This document shows positions 37,685-50,389 of a stretch of DNA of 64,000 bases, in pieces. Position 1 is the first letter of the stretch. Every line of letters starts with the position of its first letter. The position numbers and the translations under genes are program-made. The notes under the pieces were generated by a model, which was given only the letters and a program-made list of their open reading frames with translations, ran no database searches and was not told the DNA's origin. Source of the stretch: Geosiphon pyriformis uo1 (lineage: Eukaryota > Fungi > Glomeromycota); NCBI GenBank assembly GCA_016748015.1, contig JAAOMT010000175.1:105395-169394 (forward strand). Direction: 5' to 3'.

Positions 37685-39581
37685 TGAGATGAGAAAAAGA
37701 CCAGAGGACCCGAACCAGCACACATCTGCTCTAACTTTACCAAAATCAAGCCAATGGAGGCATCGAGGGCAACCAACTTTGACTCTAAAACGCCAACTTT
37801 AGAAGTTAGCACCTTGGAACTGCTCAGACCCAATTGAGAATTGTCATTGCCAGAAGAGAGAAAAGTAGGCTGAATCAAAGAAACATCTAATACCATGTTG
37901 AAACCCAAGTTAGAGTCAGCAACCATAAGAGAATCAGAGATGGATGGGTGAGAAGTACCCACAGAAGGAATCACACTAGAAGGAGGAGCCGAAGGCACCA
38001 AACTGAGATTGTCAAGATGATGAAGAATGTTCAAAATTTGATCAGATAAGAGCTCCACAGAGTGTTCCAGATGTGCCAAATGTGTACCCAAGGGGAAATT
38101 AATCATAGAAAAAGGGAGAGGGGTACCACCAGAACTTAAAGCACCAAAGGGCAGAGAACCAGAACCAGAGCCATCATGAGAACCATGAGAGGCTGAAATG
38201 ACTGAGACCACTTGGGCCCAGGATTTGCCTCCAAAAGCAACAGAACGAGAGATTGGAATCTTTTTTTTAGCATATAATTTGGCCAACTATAGACGAGTAT
38301 CCAAGTTAGCAGGCTTTTTAAATGACTTGGGTGACTGAGAAGCTGACACAACCCCAGCATTACATTCCAAGGCAGAATGACCAAACTTCTCACACTGTTC
38401 ACAGCGAACTAAATCCAATCTAGCCCATGAGAGTTTTACACTACCAAAGATTGGCTCCATGTGAAAAGCTGATTCCATAGCTTCATTAGATTCAAAACAG
38501 ACCACAACACAACAAAACCTATTGCCAGTTTCCAATGAACAATTAATGATGCAAGTTTTTCCACCAGCCTTCTCCAAAAAATTGCCAAGATTGTGTGCAG
38601 TTGTTCCCACTGGCAAAGTAAACAACAGCGCTCTAAACCGATCTCTTGAAGCCCATGTATCACGATCTCCCACAGCCATGGCCACACGAACCAAATCTTT
38701 CCCAATTAGGAACAACCATCTTGAAGTCAATTGCACAGCCTGATCTGAAATGGCAAATTCTACCACAGCCTTTTGCCACATACTGACCAACTGGATTTTG
38801 ATTGACTTAATTTGCCCAAACTCAGAAACTGTGACAACGATCATTTCTTTTGGCATATCCATGGGAATTTCTTTGATCACCACAGCCCAATCTAAATGAA
38901 GCCCTTTTTTCTTTACATCATTATTTATGACAATCCCTTCTTGTTTGGCCAATGACACAGCTTTTCTTATGCTCTCCTTAGATGTAAATGTTGATCAGAT
39001 GATCCCTTCAAATTTTGAAGGGGTAGTGGCCCCCCAAAACCATTGATTCCTGAAAATAATCTTCTTATAATCTAAGTTTTGGCCATTGCCAATTTCCTTT
39101 TTACAGCTGAAAGATTGATGTCCAAAGCAAAAAATTTTTTCACAGACACCTCAATCTGAGTTTTAATGACTTTAGGATCAATTCACTTTTTATCCAGAGG
39201 AATAGACACATGAGAGGGAAGCACAATTTCATTATCATCCATAGTGAAGTCAGGAGAGCCAAGTAGAGAACCAAACATTGTGCTAGTATTAACATGTTTC
39301 GCCTTAAGAGTAGTTGCAGCTGAACCCAGAAGAGATCTTTCATGTACGCCTGTTATGCCAACATCCTCATCATCACCAGACAGACTATCCACATCAAAGT
39401 ACACACTAGCACCAGACCCAGATTTACTCAAAGAGATATCTCTCTCATCACCAGAATGTTTAACATTGCCAAGAACCACCCTTTTTTTTTGAGCAAAAGA
39501 ACCACCAGCAGGACCATGGAAAGCACTTTTGAGTGCCTTTTTTTTTGACATATTACTGCCCAAAGCAATCTTTAAATCCAC
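37681..39581 (-). pseudogene. LINE ORF1: two RRM-like domains, CCHC knuckle, C-terminal coiled coils
   Basis: VVIKEIP...FGQIKSI...AVVEF; CEQCEKFGHSALEC; split by stops and frameshifts. Confidence 0.85.
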
Positions 39582-39980
39582 GACGAAGAGGTTATTGTTT
39601 AAGGAAATGTTGAAAGAAAACTAACAAGAAAAAAAATAAAAAACTTCTTTTTCAGAAAATGTGCTTTTTTGAGAATTTTTGGAGGTAAGAAAAAAAGAAG
39701 TTTTTTTTTTAAAAAATCTTATAGTATTTGGATTTCAATAAAACTCAATCTTAAAAAAAAAGTTATGTTATCAGTTAAAATTTGAGATATTATTTAACAT
39801 AAAATTATTTTTATAATTCTTATTATTAATTAACACATATTATTGTTTTAATTTATTACTTATTATTTTATCAAATTATCTAAATTATTATTTAATTAAT
39901 AACTTAATTTATATAAAACACAAATATAATTAAATTATAACAATCAGATTATATAATACACTAAACTATATAATAGTCAA

Positions 39981-40100
39981 AATTTGTTGAAATATTTAAT
40001 AATTTGACAAAATAATTAACAATTTACTGAAATAATTTATAATTTGCAAAAATAACTTATAATTTAACAAAATATATTTTTAGTTTACCAAAATATTAAA
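39981..40100. repeat. Degenerate 20-bp tandem repeat, about 6 units (AATTTGnnnAAATAAnTTAT)
   Basis: Units start at 39981, 40001, 40021, 40041, 40061 and 40081. Confidence 0.6.
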
Positions 40101-40617
40101 AAAAAAATGTTAAATTATAGAATAATATTATAAAAAATTATATAAAAAAAGAGTTTTTTTCTTTAAAAAAATATATTTTTGATCAAAAATATCTTAATTA
40201 GAATTAATTTTACTTTAGAATTAATACACAGTTTTTACAAATCAATTTAATAAAAATTATTTTAAAATTCAAAATTTTTAAATATTAAATATTTAAAATT
40301 AATTTTTTAAAATTAACATTTAAAATTAATTAGCTACTAATTTTAGTAATTGTTAATAACTTCTAAGCCTAAATTTGACATAATTTTTTTGACACATTTT
40401 TTTAGTTTTTTTTTTTTTATATTATTGAATAATTTATAATTAAAATTTCTTATAAAAAAATTAACTTTTGTAAAAAAATAACTACATATTAATTGAAAAG
40501 TTTACAGATGAAATTTTTATGTAAAAAAGTTAACTTTTATTACAAAATAACTATACAAGTAATTAATACAAAATTGATTATTTTATTATAAACTTAATAG
40601 TATATACAGTTTAAAAT

Positions 40618-42980
40618 ATTCTTTTTATTAGTGATTTGCCCATCACTATTACCAAAAAGGGGAATCTCATTGGTATTTGGGTATTTTTTTTTTGACTGAG
40701 GGTCTTTCAAAGCCTAGTTTGGCTAAGATGCATTCAGATGTTCAGTTTTTTGCCAATCTGGTTTTGAAGAAAGCTGTGTTAGATAAATAGTTCTTATATT
40801 TAATGTTGGCAGTTCTTTATCTTATTGTTAGCTACAGAACACAGTTTAGCTTTGTTTCTATTGGTGTGTGCAACAAGTGGAATGCTTTGATTCATAAGGG
40901 CTTGAAACTTAAGTTTGGTCTACTGCTCGACTTTTTTGGTAATACCATTCACCATTCTTTTTTTTATGATTTGAAATCCTTTTCACAAATTCAATCTGAG
41001 AATAAGATTGCTTTACTTGTTAGCTTTGTGAACTCTGGTGGGATTTTGGGTCACTTATTTTCTTACTGGTCTTATGACTTGTAAGTTCAGTGTTGGCACC
41101 CTGTTTATCCATTGGTTTCTCTTGTTCATACTTGTGTTAATGCTTCTGATAATTTTCTGGCAGGCATAGTTCATATTCTTTTTGATTGTAATTTGTCTCT
41201 TAGTGGCCCCATGACCAGTTTTTTTTGGTTTCATGATGGGATGCCCATGTCTGCTGTTCTGAGTAAGTTGAAATTTATTAAGTTTCTCCCTTTTCTTTGG
41301 TGGTATGGTATTGCATTTGTGGATCAACTTTGTGATTATCATGGTGCTGTCTTTGATTGGTATATCTTTAAATGGTAGAAAAAATTGAATTCCCATGGCC
41401 CTGTTCTAGAGTGGTTTAAGTTGTTTACTGTATTTCTTACCAATATGACTTGCTCTTTGGCTCATTCCTTGGCTATGTGTAATATTGGTCTTTTGAACAT
41501 TCTTAAGTTTAGTAACTTTGTGTCTATTTGTGATTGTCTTTCACAAATTGATACTGGCATTTTATCTGTGTACACTGATGGATCTTTGAAGAACTTGGGC
41601 ACAGTCAACTATAAGGCTGGTGCTGTTGCCTTTTTTAAGGACATTGGTTCGGGTTTAGGTGTTGGTATGTCAGGTTTGATGTCTTCTATTCTGGTGGAAT
41701 TGCAGGCTATTGTATTGGCTCTGGAGTGTGTTCCCTTATCTAGTTCTATTTGCTTGTTTTTAGATAGTCAATATGTTTTGGATGCTTGCAAGTTGGAATT
41801 GGGTCTAGTGTGTCCTAACTTTCATAATTAGTGTTGGGTTGAGCATTATCATATCTTCAATGCTATTTACAATAAGAATTTGAGGGTCAGTTGGCACAAA
41901 GTAAAGGGTCACTCTAGTGTTTCAGAGAATAAGCGTGCTGATATGATTGCTGGTACCACTTCTCTTTTAGGTTGGTGTTTTTCTCCTCACTTGAATGAGC
42001 ATTTTATTGTGGCTAATGGTAATATAGTTTCTGGCAATTTTAGACACTTTGTTCATGATATTTTTTGTTTTAATTGTTATGTATGTTGGGAGGTTGGTTT
42101 TGGTTCTAAGTTTTTGGAAAGTAGTTTGCTTTCTGAGGTTGACTGAGTCTGCTTTTTATTGGTGTGGCATCCTGATATGCACATGGCTGCCAGTTTTACC
42201 AGCTGGCCCTCAACTAATGCATGCACTTACTTTATGAAAGCTTTGCATTATTGCCTACTTGTAGCTGTTCGGAAGCATCTTTATAGTAGACTTTATCCCA
42301 GTGTATTGTGTTTATATTGTGGTAATATGGAAGTTTCAGATTATGTATTCTTTTGTAAAGCTAACAAATCTGCTTGCCATCAGTTATTGGGCTCTCACAT
42401 GAATTCTTGGAAGGCACTTTCTAATTCCACTCATGCTTCTTTGTGTATGCTACAGTTGTTGTCATTTTGTACTTCTGGTTCCTCTATGTCTATGGCTCTC
42501 TTTAAGGGTTTTGTTTTTGATGATTGGTTCTGCGAGGCTGTTTCCATTTTCCATGATCCCAAGTTAGCTGGTTTGGAGATTGTTAAGTTTGTGTGCTCTT
42601 TCAGTATGGCTTTTAGAGATGATATATAGTTGGTTTATGCCAAGCATTGCGCCTATATAGAAAAAAATAATTTGATTCCTCCTAATGATTTGACTCTCAT
42701 TTCGGTTTCTGGCTTGTCTTTGGGGTTTTCTGCTGGTGTGGTAAAATTGCTTAACATGGCTGATGCTTTTAGTATACATTTCGGCTTTTGCAAATCTTGT
42801 TCATTTTTCTTAAGCCTTGGTAGTTCAGTATCAGTTTATATAGCTGCATAGTGTTGTTCTGATTGGCTCAAGTGGCTGGTCATGTGTAGAAAATACATGA
42901 TTCACACCTAGTTTAGATCATTTTTTTTATGTATGACACTAGGCTGTGTTTAGATCTTACTTGTTAAATAATAATAATAA
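40618..42980 (+). mobile_element. 5'-truncated LINE (RT C-terminus, RNase H, zinc finger, 3' UTR, (TAA)n tail)
   Basis: YLGIF..EGLSKP, VYTDGSL, WHKVKGHS, CLYCG...; stop at 42851; family 3' UTR. Confidence 0.92.
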
Positions 42981-43089
42981 AATATATATATATAAAAATA
43001 TTTTTAAAAAAAAATTAGCTTATTAAAAGTTTATTAACTTTTATTAACAACAAAATTAATAACAAAATAGTATTAACAACATCAAAAAA

Positions 43090-43517
43090 AAATCTTTAGT
43101 AATTTTAGAAATAATAGATTAAATTTTTTTAAATGAATTTTTGTTAATTATTACATTACTTTTTAATGATAAAATAACTAAATTTTTTAATACATTAAAC
43201 AAAATTTCAAGACATTATAATAGTAATATTGTTAACTTACTATTGGTTTTATTATATTTTTATTTGGTTTTTAAATTAGTATTTGCTTAGTAAAAGTATA
43301 TTTAAGTTTTTATAATTCTTAAGTTTTATAATTAAAAAAATATTTTAACTAATACTTATTTGATAATATTTGTTTAAATTGCTCATAAAAAATTTTAAAT
43401 TAGATATTAAATACATGTAATAATTTTAATGTTTTTTAGAATGACAATTTTTCTGTTTTTAAAAATACTTCAATTTTATTACCAATTTTTGCTATTGGTT
43501 TTGTTGTAAAAAATATT
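43090..43517 (+). mobile_element. Highly eroded LINE ORF2 relic, left part
   Basis: AT-shifted IIL(P)KFY..ILTNT...NDNFSVFKNTSILLPIFAIGFVV corresponds to the RT N-terminus of the family. Confidence 0.75.
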
Positions 43518-46500
43518 AATATTGTGAATATAACCTCGTCAATTTCCTAACACAAAGAGAGCAAAAGATAATTTTGAAGAAATCCCTTTTTTTTTCCCTC
43601 TTCCCTCAATCTCTGTTAACTATTTCTTCTAACTTATCTTTATTTGTTGTAATAGAGCTGGTAGGCTCATCTGCTGGTGGTTCTGGTTTGGGTTTGGCTG
43701 GTTTGGGGACCTGCCAGAGTGCTAAAAACAAGTGTGTTAATATGGTCTACTCTCATGGTGTATCTTATAAGAAGCCTAAAAAGCCTGCAACTGGCGTTTT
43801 GGTTGAGTCATCTGCTGGTCCTTTATATTTAGAAGATTTGGGTGGTAATAATGGTAAGCTGGCAGTGTCTTGGGAAAGCAGAATGAATAGCGTTTCTGGC
43901 AGTGTAAGTGGTCTTTTGGATGTTGAGAACTTGAGAAACTTGGTTGCTAAAGAGACAAGCTACATTAATTCAGGTGAGGACAACAAAATGAACAAGACTA
44001 CACCGTGAAGGACTCACACTCAGATGTATGTGTTGGAACAATCTCTTAAGGCACCTCTATTTGCTACTATAAATGATGACGATGACAATTCTGTGTTGCC
44101 GCTTTCTAAAATCAGTGGGTTCAATCAGCTGCCCTCTTCTAAATCACATGTTCTCGAGAGTCGTAATTTCAGACCAGTGAAATTGTTTGCTTTGGATGTG
44201 AATTTGTCAGCTGTTTCTGGCAGGACTAATAGTGATAAGCTTATTTCAATCAAAAAAATTTTTTACAAATTGATGGTTTTGGGAGAGTTTCAACTCCTTC
44301 AAAATTTTCTGGTATTATTTGTTCAACTTTCACAAGTGAGTCTAGTTTAATTAAGGCCAGAGAAATGACAGTTCATAAGAAAATTGTTGTTAATAGTAAT
44401 CTCAAAAAAGCAAACATTTGTTTGAATTGAGAAGTGATCATTAAGGAGATCCTAGTTGATTTTCCAAAGTTGGCTGTGGAATCAGTTTTTTCTAAATTTG
44501 GCAAGATTGTTTCCATCAGGATGCAATTGATTGGTCTTTGGCAAAAGACCCTGATTGAATTTGAGTCATCAAAAGTTGTCAGTTTGGTCACTTCTAAGTG
44601 GTCTGTTCTTGTGGGAAAGAATTCAATTCGTGTAGCACTGGTTGTCAATGATAAACAAATGTGGGTGTCAAGAGATTGTTATTGGGCTTTGCTCTATACT
44701 CTTCTAATTGGTACTTTAGTCTATGATCTGTCAGATTTGTTGGTATTATATGGTGGAAAAACTTGTTTCATTGGCCACAATTCTGGTTCATATGTCCGTG
44801 ATTAGTGTGCAATCATTTGTTTTGAGAATGAGAATGCCAGATTGGCTGCTATTAGTACCATTCTAATTTTCAAGAATGTTAGTTTGTGTTGGGCTAGTCT
44901 TGTTTTGGCTAACTGTACCAAGTGTGAACAGTTTGGTCATATTACTACCAACTGTCCTGTGGGTGGAAGTTCTGGTGTTTGTGAAAAGAGGGTGGTTTCT
45001 GATCAAGATTGGGTTTATCTGGCTGGTATATATAAGAAAAAGTCAGCTTCTATTGCTCATCCAGTTTTGTTTGGTGGCAAAACATGAGCCCAAGTTGCTA
45101 GTGACACTTCTTTCCATGTGTCTCTTTCTGGTTCTTCTGGTTCTGATTTGTGTTCTGGTTCGGTTCCTCCTTCAGTAGTCTCTGATCATCTTGTTGTTTT
45201 CCATTTGAATGATTGTTTGGCAGTTTTGGAACACTCTTTGGAGCTTTTGGCTGACCGTGTTTCTGGCATCCTGGTTAGGTTAGATTCTTTTGGTGTGGTT
45301 CCTTTGGTTCCTTCTTCCCTGGCCCCCCCTCCTGTTGTTTCTGCAGCTTTGAGTTCTGAAGTGGATTCAGATATGATTGTGGACAATGCTTTGAGTTCTT
45401 CTGATATTACTCCCCCTGTTACTATTGATGCTGTTGTCAACCTCAGCACTAGTAGTTTCAAGATTCTTACTGCCAAGGTGGGCGGTTTGGAGACGAAATT
45501 GGTTGCTTTGGAGGCTTCAGTTGGTTTGGTTTTGGATAAGTTGAATCTTCTGTGCTCTGGTTCAGGTCTGTTAACTCCCATGTCATCTCAATAACTCACT
45601 TAATTTGGAAGATTGCCATATGCAATGTCAGAGGTATGAACAATTGTGCAAAGCAGACAAACATTGTTCATTGGCATAAAGATATAAACAATATGGTTTT
45701 TATTGTTACTAAAACAAAGTTGAAGGAAAAGATTCACCCTTGAATTGCTGATAAGTTTGATAGTGTTCATGTTTTTACTTTTGGACTGAATTCTGGTCAC
45801 ATGGGATCTGGTGTTGCAATTATTTTGGACTCTTTTTTGGCAAGACATGTGTGTAAAGTTTCAGAGGTGCCTGGTCAGCTTCTGTTGATTAGATTGCTTT
45901 TTAAGAACAAACTCTCTGTGTCTATTTTGGGGCTGTATATTGGTGCATCTTCGGCAGTTTGTTTTTCTCAGGCTGGTGAGGTTAACTTTTTTATTGCTAA
46001 GGCTGTGAGTGAGTTCTCCTTTGTTATTCTTGGTGGTGATTTTAATGAGAATAGTTCTCACAAGTATGCAAGTTTCAAAAAATGTTTTGATTTGGGTTTG
46101 ATTAACTCTCTGGGGGGAAGCTCTTTTGTGAAGTCACCCACTTGGTGCAATTCTCATGGCATCACTAAAACAATTGACTACGTGCTCATTTCTTCTAATT
46201 TGGTTGGTACAGTGGTAGATCATGGTGTGGATGGCATTGAAGACTATTTTGATACTAATCACAAGACTGTGTTTGTTTCTGTGAGACTGGGAGGCCTGTT
46301 CAATGTCAAGTTGAACTCACTGCACAAACAAGCAAATAGAGATCATTGGAAGTATGATATCAAAAATGCCAATGAGGTTAAGTGGTCTGAATTCAAGGAT
46401 GCTACGGCTGTTAATGCTGTTATGTTCTCAGATGAGTTTGTTGCAGCTAAGCAGTTTTCTGATCTGGATGCAATGTGGAACATTGTTTGTAAGATTATAG

Positions 46501-49500
46501 TTCTTTCGGCTAGTGGAACGTTCAAGAAAAAATGGTTTAAAAATTTTGATTGTGTTTTTAATAAGGTGTCTTCCTGGTTTCATAAACTGAAACTACTAGT
46601 GTTTAAACTGGTAAAGGCTTCTCAGTTGGTTTCTGGTGGAGATTTTGCTTCGTTGTTGGATACTTGAAACAGGCTTGATTCTGTGGGCACTTTACTGGTG
46701 AGATCTCTGTTTCTTTCTGGCTCCAGTTTTAATGCGATCCATTCTAAGCTGGCTAAGGCGAGGAAGTCTTACCACTCTTCTAAGTTGTTGAAATCTAAGC
46801 ATGCTGAAGAATTTTGTATGAGGCAGGCTATTGAAAGGAGGATGAAGAGTTTTGAGGTGAATAAGAGTCATACTATTAGGAGTGTTTTGAAGTGTCTTTT
46901 TCATAAAGTAGTGTTGGATCATTTAGTGGATAATGGGAAGTTGGTCTTGGAGTCTGAGTTGGTTAAATCTAAGGTGGATGGAATTATGGAGGGTTGGACC
47001 AGAAAGCATGTGGTGGCTTCTAATATCTCTGATGACTAGGTGAGGCAATTTCAGCCTTTGGATTACGTCTTCTATGGTGCTTTCTCTAATGTGATACATT
47101 CAATCAGTTTTGATAAGATGTTTAGTGTTATTTCAAATTTGCCTGATGAGAAAACGGCTGGTCTTTCTGGTGTCACTAATGAACTTTGGAAATGCTGTGA
47201 CAAGTCAGTTTTGGATATGTTTTTGGTGCTTTTGAATTTTTACTTGGATTGTAAGTTAGTGTCTGGACCTTGGAGGGAAGCATGGGTCTCGATGATTCTT
47301 AAACCTTACAAGTGGAAGGAGATTCTTACAAATATCCACCCCATTGCTTTGATTGAGACAGCTTGCAAGGTTCTTTCCAAGATCTTTTCAGACTGGATCT
47401 CTTTGGCTTGTAGCATTTTTGATGTCCTCCATGGGAACAATTTCTGTCCTAAAAGATACATCTACACAATTACCTATCTTCACTATTGGTTCAGTGATCA
47501 AAGATGTTTTGGAAAAAAACTGAGAGTTGTGGCTGGTTTTACAGGATATGCACAAAGCATATAATTCTGTAAGTTGGGAGCATCTCAAGAGGAGTTTAAT
47601 CAGGATCAAAATGTGTGACAAATTTATCAGATTTTTTGGTTGTATTCATAATGGTCGCACAAACAGAGTGATGACAAATTTTGGTTTGACTGATGGATAT
47701 TATGTTCACGATGGATTAGATCAGGGGGAGGTTTTTTCATTACTTCTTTGGCACATATTTTATGATCTGCTCTTGTGTGAGATTAAGAGACAGGAGAGCA
47801 TTTGTGATTACAGATTGATTTCTCATTTCGTTTTTAAGACTGGCTGGGTGAAATCTCTGACTGGGCTGATGTTATTTCTGGCCATTAGTGCTTTTGTTGA
47901 TGATACTATCTGGGTTGGTAGCAGCCAGGCTGCTACACAACACATCCTCAATGTTGCTAATGATTTTTTTTGTTTAAATAACATTTCGATAAACAATGAC
48001 AAGACTGTGGTCATTCCCATCAACTGTCAGGTCACTGCTCTTTATCTGACCATCAGTAGTCTGCCAATCTCCATTGCCAGAAGGAGTGAACCTCATCATT
48101 ATCTAGGGATTTTTTTATCTTCTGAAGGTCTTTCAAAGCCCAGCTTGGTTAAGGCGCATTTGAATGTTTGGTTTTTCACCAATCTTGTTCTAAGAAAAGT
48201 TGTTTTGGATAAACAGTTTGCTTATTTGGTGTCTTCAATTCTCTTTCCTATTGTCAGCTACAGAACTTAGTTTAGTTATATTCCTCTCAGTGTGTGTAAT
48301 AAATGGGACGCTTTGATTCGCAAGGGCCTAAAATTTAAATCTGGGCTGCCTCTGGACTTTCCCAATGATGCACTTCATCATTTTTCCTTGTACAATTTAA
48401 AGACTTTTGAGCAGATTTAGACTAAAAACAAGTTAGCTTTTGTCATTGCTTTTGCGAATTCGTTTGGTGTTTTGGGTCACTTGTTTTTTTATAAGTCTCA
48501 CAATCTCCAGGTTCTCAGCTGGTGTCCTTGTCACCCTTTGTTGTTTTCTGTTTGTGTTAGAATCAGCCCTTTGAACAACTTTTTAGCAGGTGTGGTTTGT
48601 ATTTTTTCTGGGTGTGATTTATCTCTGGGTGGCTTTCTGGACAGTGCTTTTTGTCTTTGGAGTGGTACTTCTATGTCTCTAGTTCTTGGCGAGGTGGTTT
48701 TCTACAAATGTGTCTCTTCCTTCAGACATTATGGTATTGCTTTCATGAAACAACTTTGTGACCGGAATGGCATTGTTTTTGATTGGAAGACTTTCAAGCA
48801 TTGAAAAAGACTGGACTCCTGTGGCTTGGTTCCCTTCTGGTTTGATCTCTCTGTTCGTTTTCTTAGTGGTGTTGCTTCTTCTTCTGGTTGTGCTCCTTAT
48901 GAGGGTGTTTGTGGCTCTTCTAACATCTGTCAGTCTTTTGGTTTTGGTGTTATTTGTAATGATCTGTTGAATGTTGGTGCTGCTCACCTCTCTGTGTACA
49001 TGGTTGGATCTTTGAGTAACTTGGGTACTGTTAACATGTTGGCTGGTGCTGCAGTTTTCTTTGAAGACATTAATTCAGGTCTGGGTGTGGGGGTTTTTGG
49101 TTTGGTTTCTTCTACTTTGGCAGAGCTGCAGGCCATTGCTTTAGCTCTTAAGTGTGTTTCTTCTTTTCATTTGGTTGACTTGTTTTCAGACAGCCAGGTG
49201 GCATTAGATGCTTGCCAGTCAGAGTTTTTATTGGTTGGCTCTGATTACAGAAATTGTTGTTGGATTGAGTGTCGTCACATTGCCAATGTTATTTGTCGCA
49301 AAAATTTGGATGTTAATTGGATTAAGGTTAAGGGCCATTCAGGTGTTTCAGGCAATGAGCGTGCTGATGCACTTGCTAAGAATGCTGCTCTTTCTGTCTG
49401 GCATCTGCCCCATTTGGTCAGTGAGAGATTTTTGAAGGCTGGTGTTGGTAAGATTTCTGGTAATTCTAAGCATTTTGTTCGTGATATATTCAGGTCAATC

Positions 49501-50379
49501 CATTGTGTATATTGGGAGGTTGGTTCTGGTTTCCGGGTTGTTCCAGGTTGTTTGCGTGATGATATTGACTGGTTGAGGTCTTCTCTGGTTTGGCACCCAG
49601 ACTCTTATTTGGCTTTGGGCTTCACTAGTGTACGAACTGCTGGCCTTCAAACGTACTTTATGAAGGCTCTTCATTGTCAGCTTTCTATTACTGTGTGGAA
49701 GCGTTTATATAATAGGTGTTATCCTAGTGTGATGTGTTTGTTTTGTGGTGATGTTGAGGTCTCAGACCATGTTTTTTCTTGTTCGTTTGATGCTGCTGGT
49801 TGTGCTTAGTTGCTAAATGCTCATGCATTGGCTTGGGAGGTGCATTCTGGTTTGGTTTGGTCTTTTTTGTGTGTCTTATGATTGTTGTCTTCTTGTGTTG
49901 CTGTGCAAGGGCTTTGTTTTTGGTAATTGGTATCGTGAATCAGTTTCAGTTTTTGGGGATTCCAAGGTTGTGATGTCAGTTATTGTGGATTTTGTGCATG
50001 CATTTTGCCTCTCTTTTCAGGATAATATTTGGTTGGTTTGTGCTAAACACCAGGCTTTTATGGAGAAGAATGGGCTGATCCCACATGATGGCTCTATCCC
50101 AGCTTTGGTTTCTGGTTTTTCTATGTTGTTTTCCCCTGGTGTGGTTAGATTGTTGGATATTGCTAAGGCTTTTGGTGTTGGTTTCAGGTTTCGCGAGTCT
50201 TGTTTTTTTTTTTTTGGTATTAATAATAAAGTCTCCATTCATATAGGTGCTTAGTGTTGTTCTGATTGGTCTGAATGGCTAGTCACGTATAAAAAAAGCA
50301 TGATTTGCTCCTAGTTTAGATCATTTGAATGATGTATAGTACTAGTTTGTATTTGGACTTCACTCGTTAAATAAGAAAA
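43518..50379 (+). mobile_element. Full-length non-LTR retrotransposon (ORF1 about 43652-45594; ORF2 45591-50254) inserted into an older LINE
   Basis: Same domain set as 32860-39720; TSD AAAAAATATT at 43508-43517 / 50380-50389; the older RT frame resumes after it. Confidence 0.92.
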
Positions 50380-50389
50380 AAAAAATATT

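Larger units (their letters stand above)
32860..39720 (-). mobile_element. Full-length non-LTR retrotransposon (APE-RT-RNase H) with (TAAA)n tail
   Basis: ORF1 plus ORF2, tail at 32860-32882, candidate 9-bp TSD ACAGTATTT (32851-32859) / ATAGTATTT (39721-39729). Its 5' start AAGATTTTT matches the copy at 43565. Confidence 0.93.

Noticed and set aside
32949-39548. Many plus-strand ORFs opposite the LINE (e.g. 32949-33473, 174 aa), and minus-strand ORFs opposite the LINEs at 41-50 kb
   Set aside because: They are antisense shadows of GT-rich LINE coding sequence, with no motifs and no conservation between copies.
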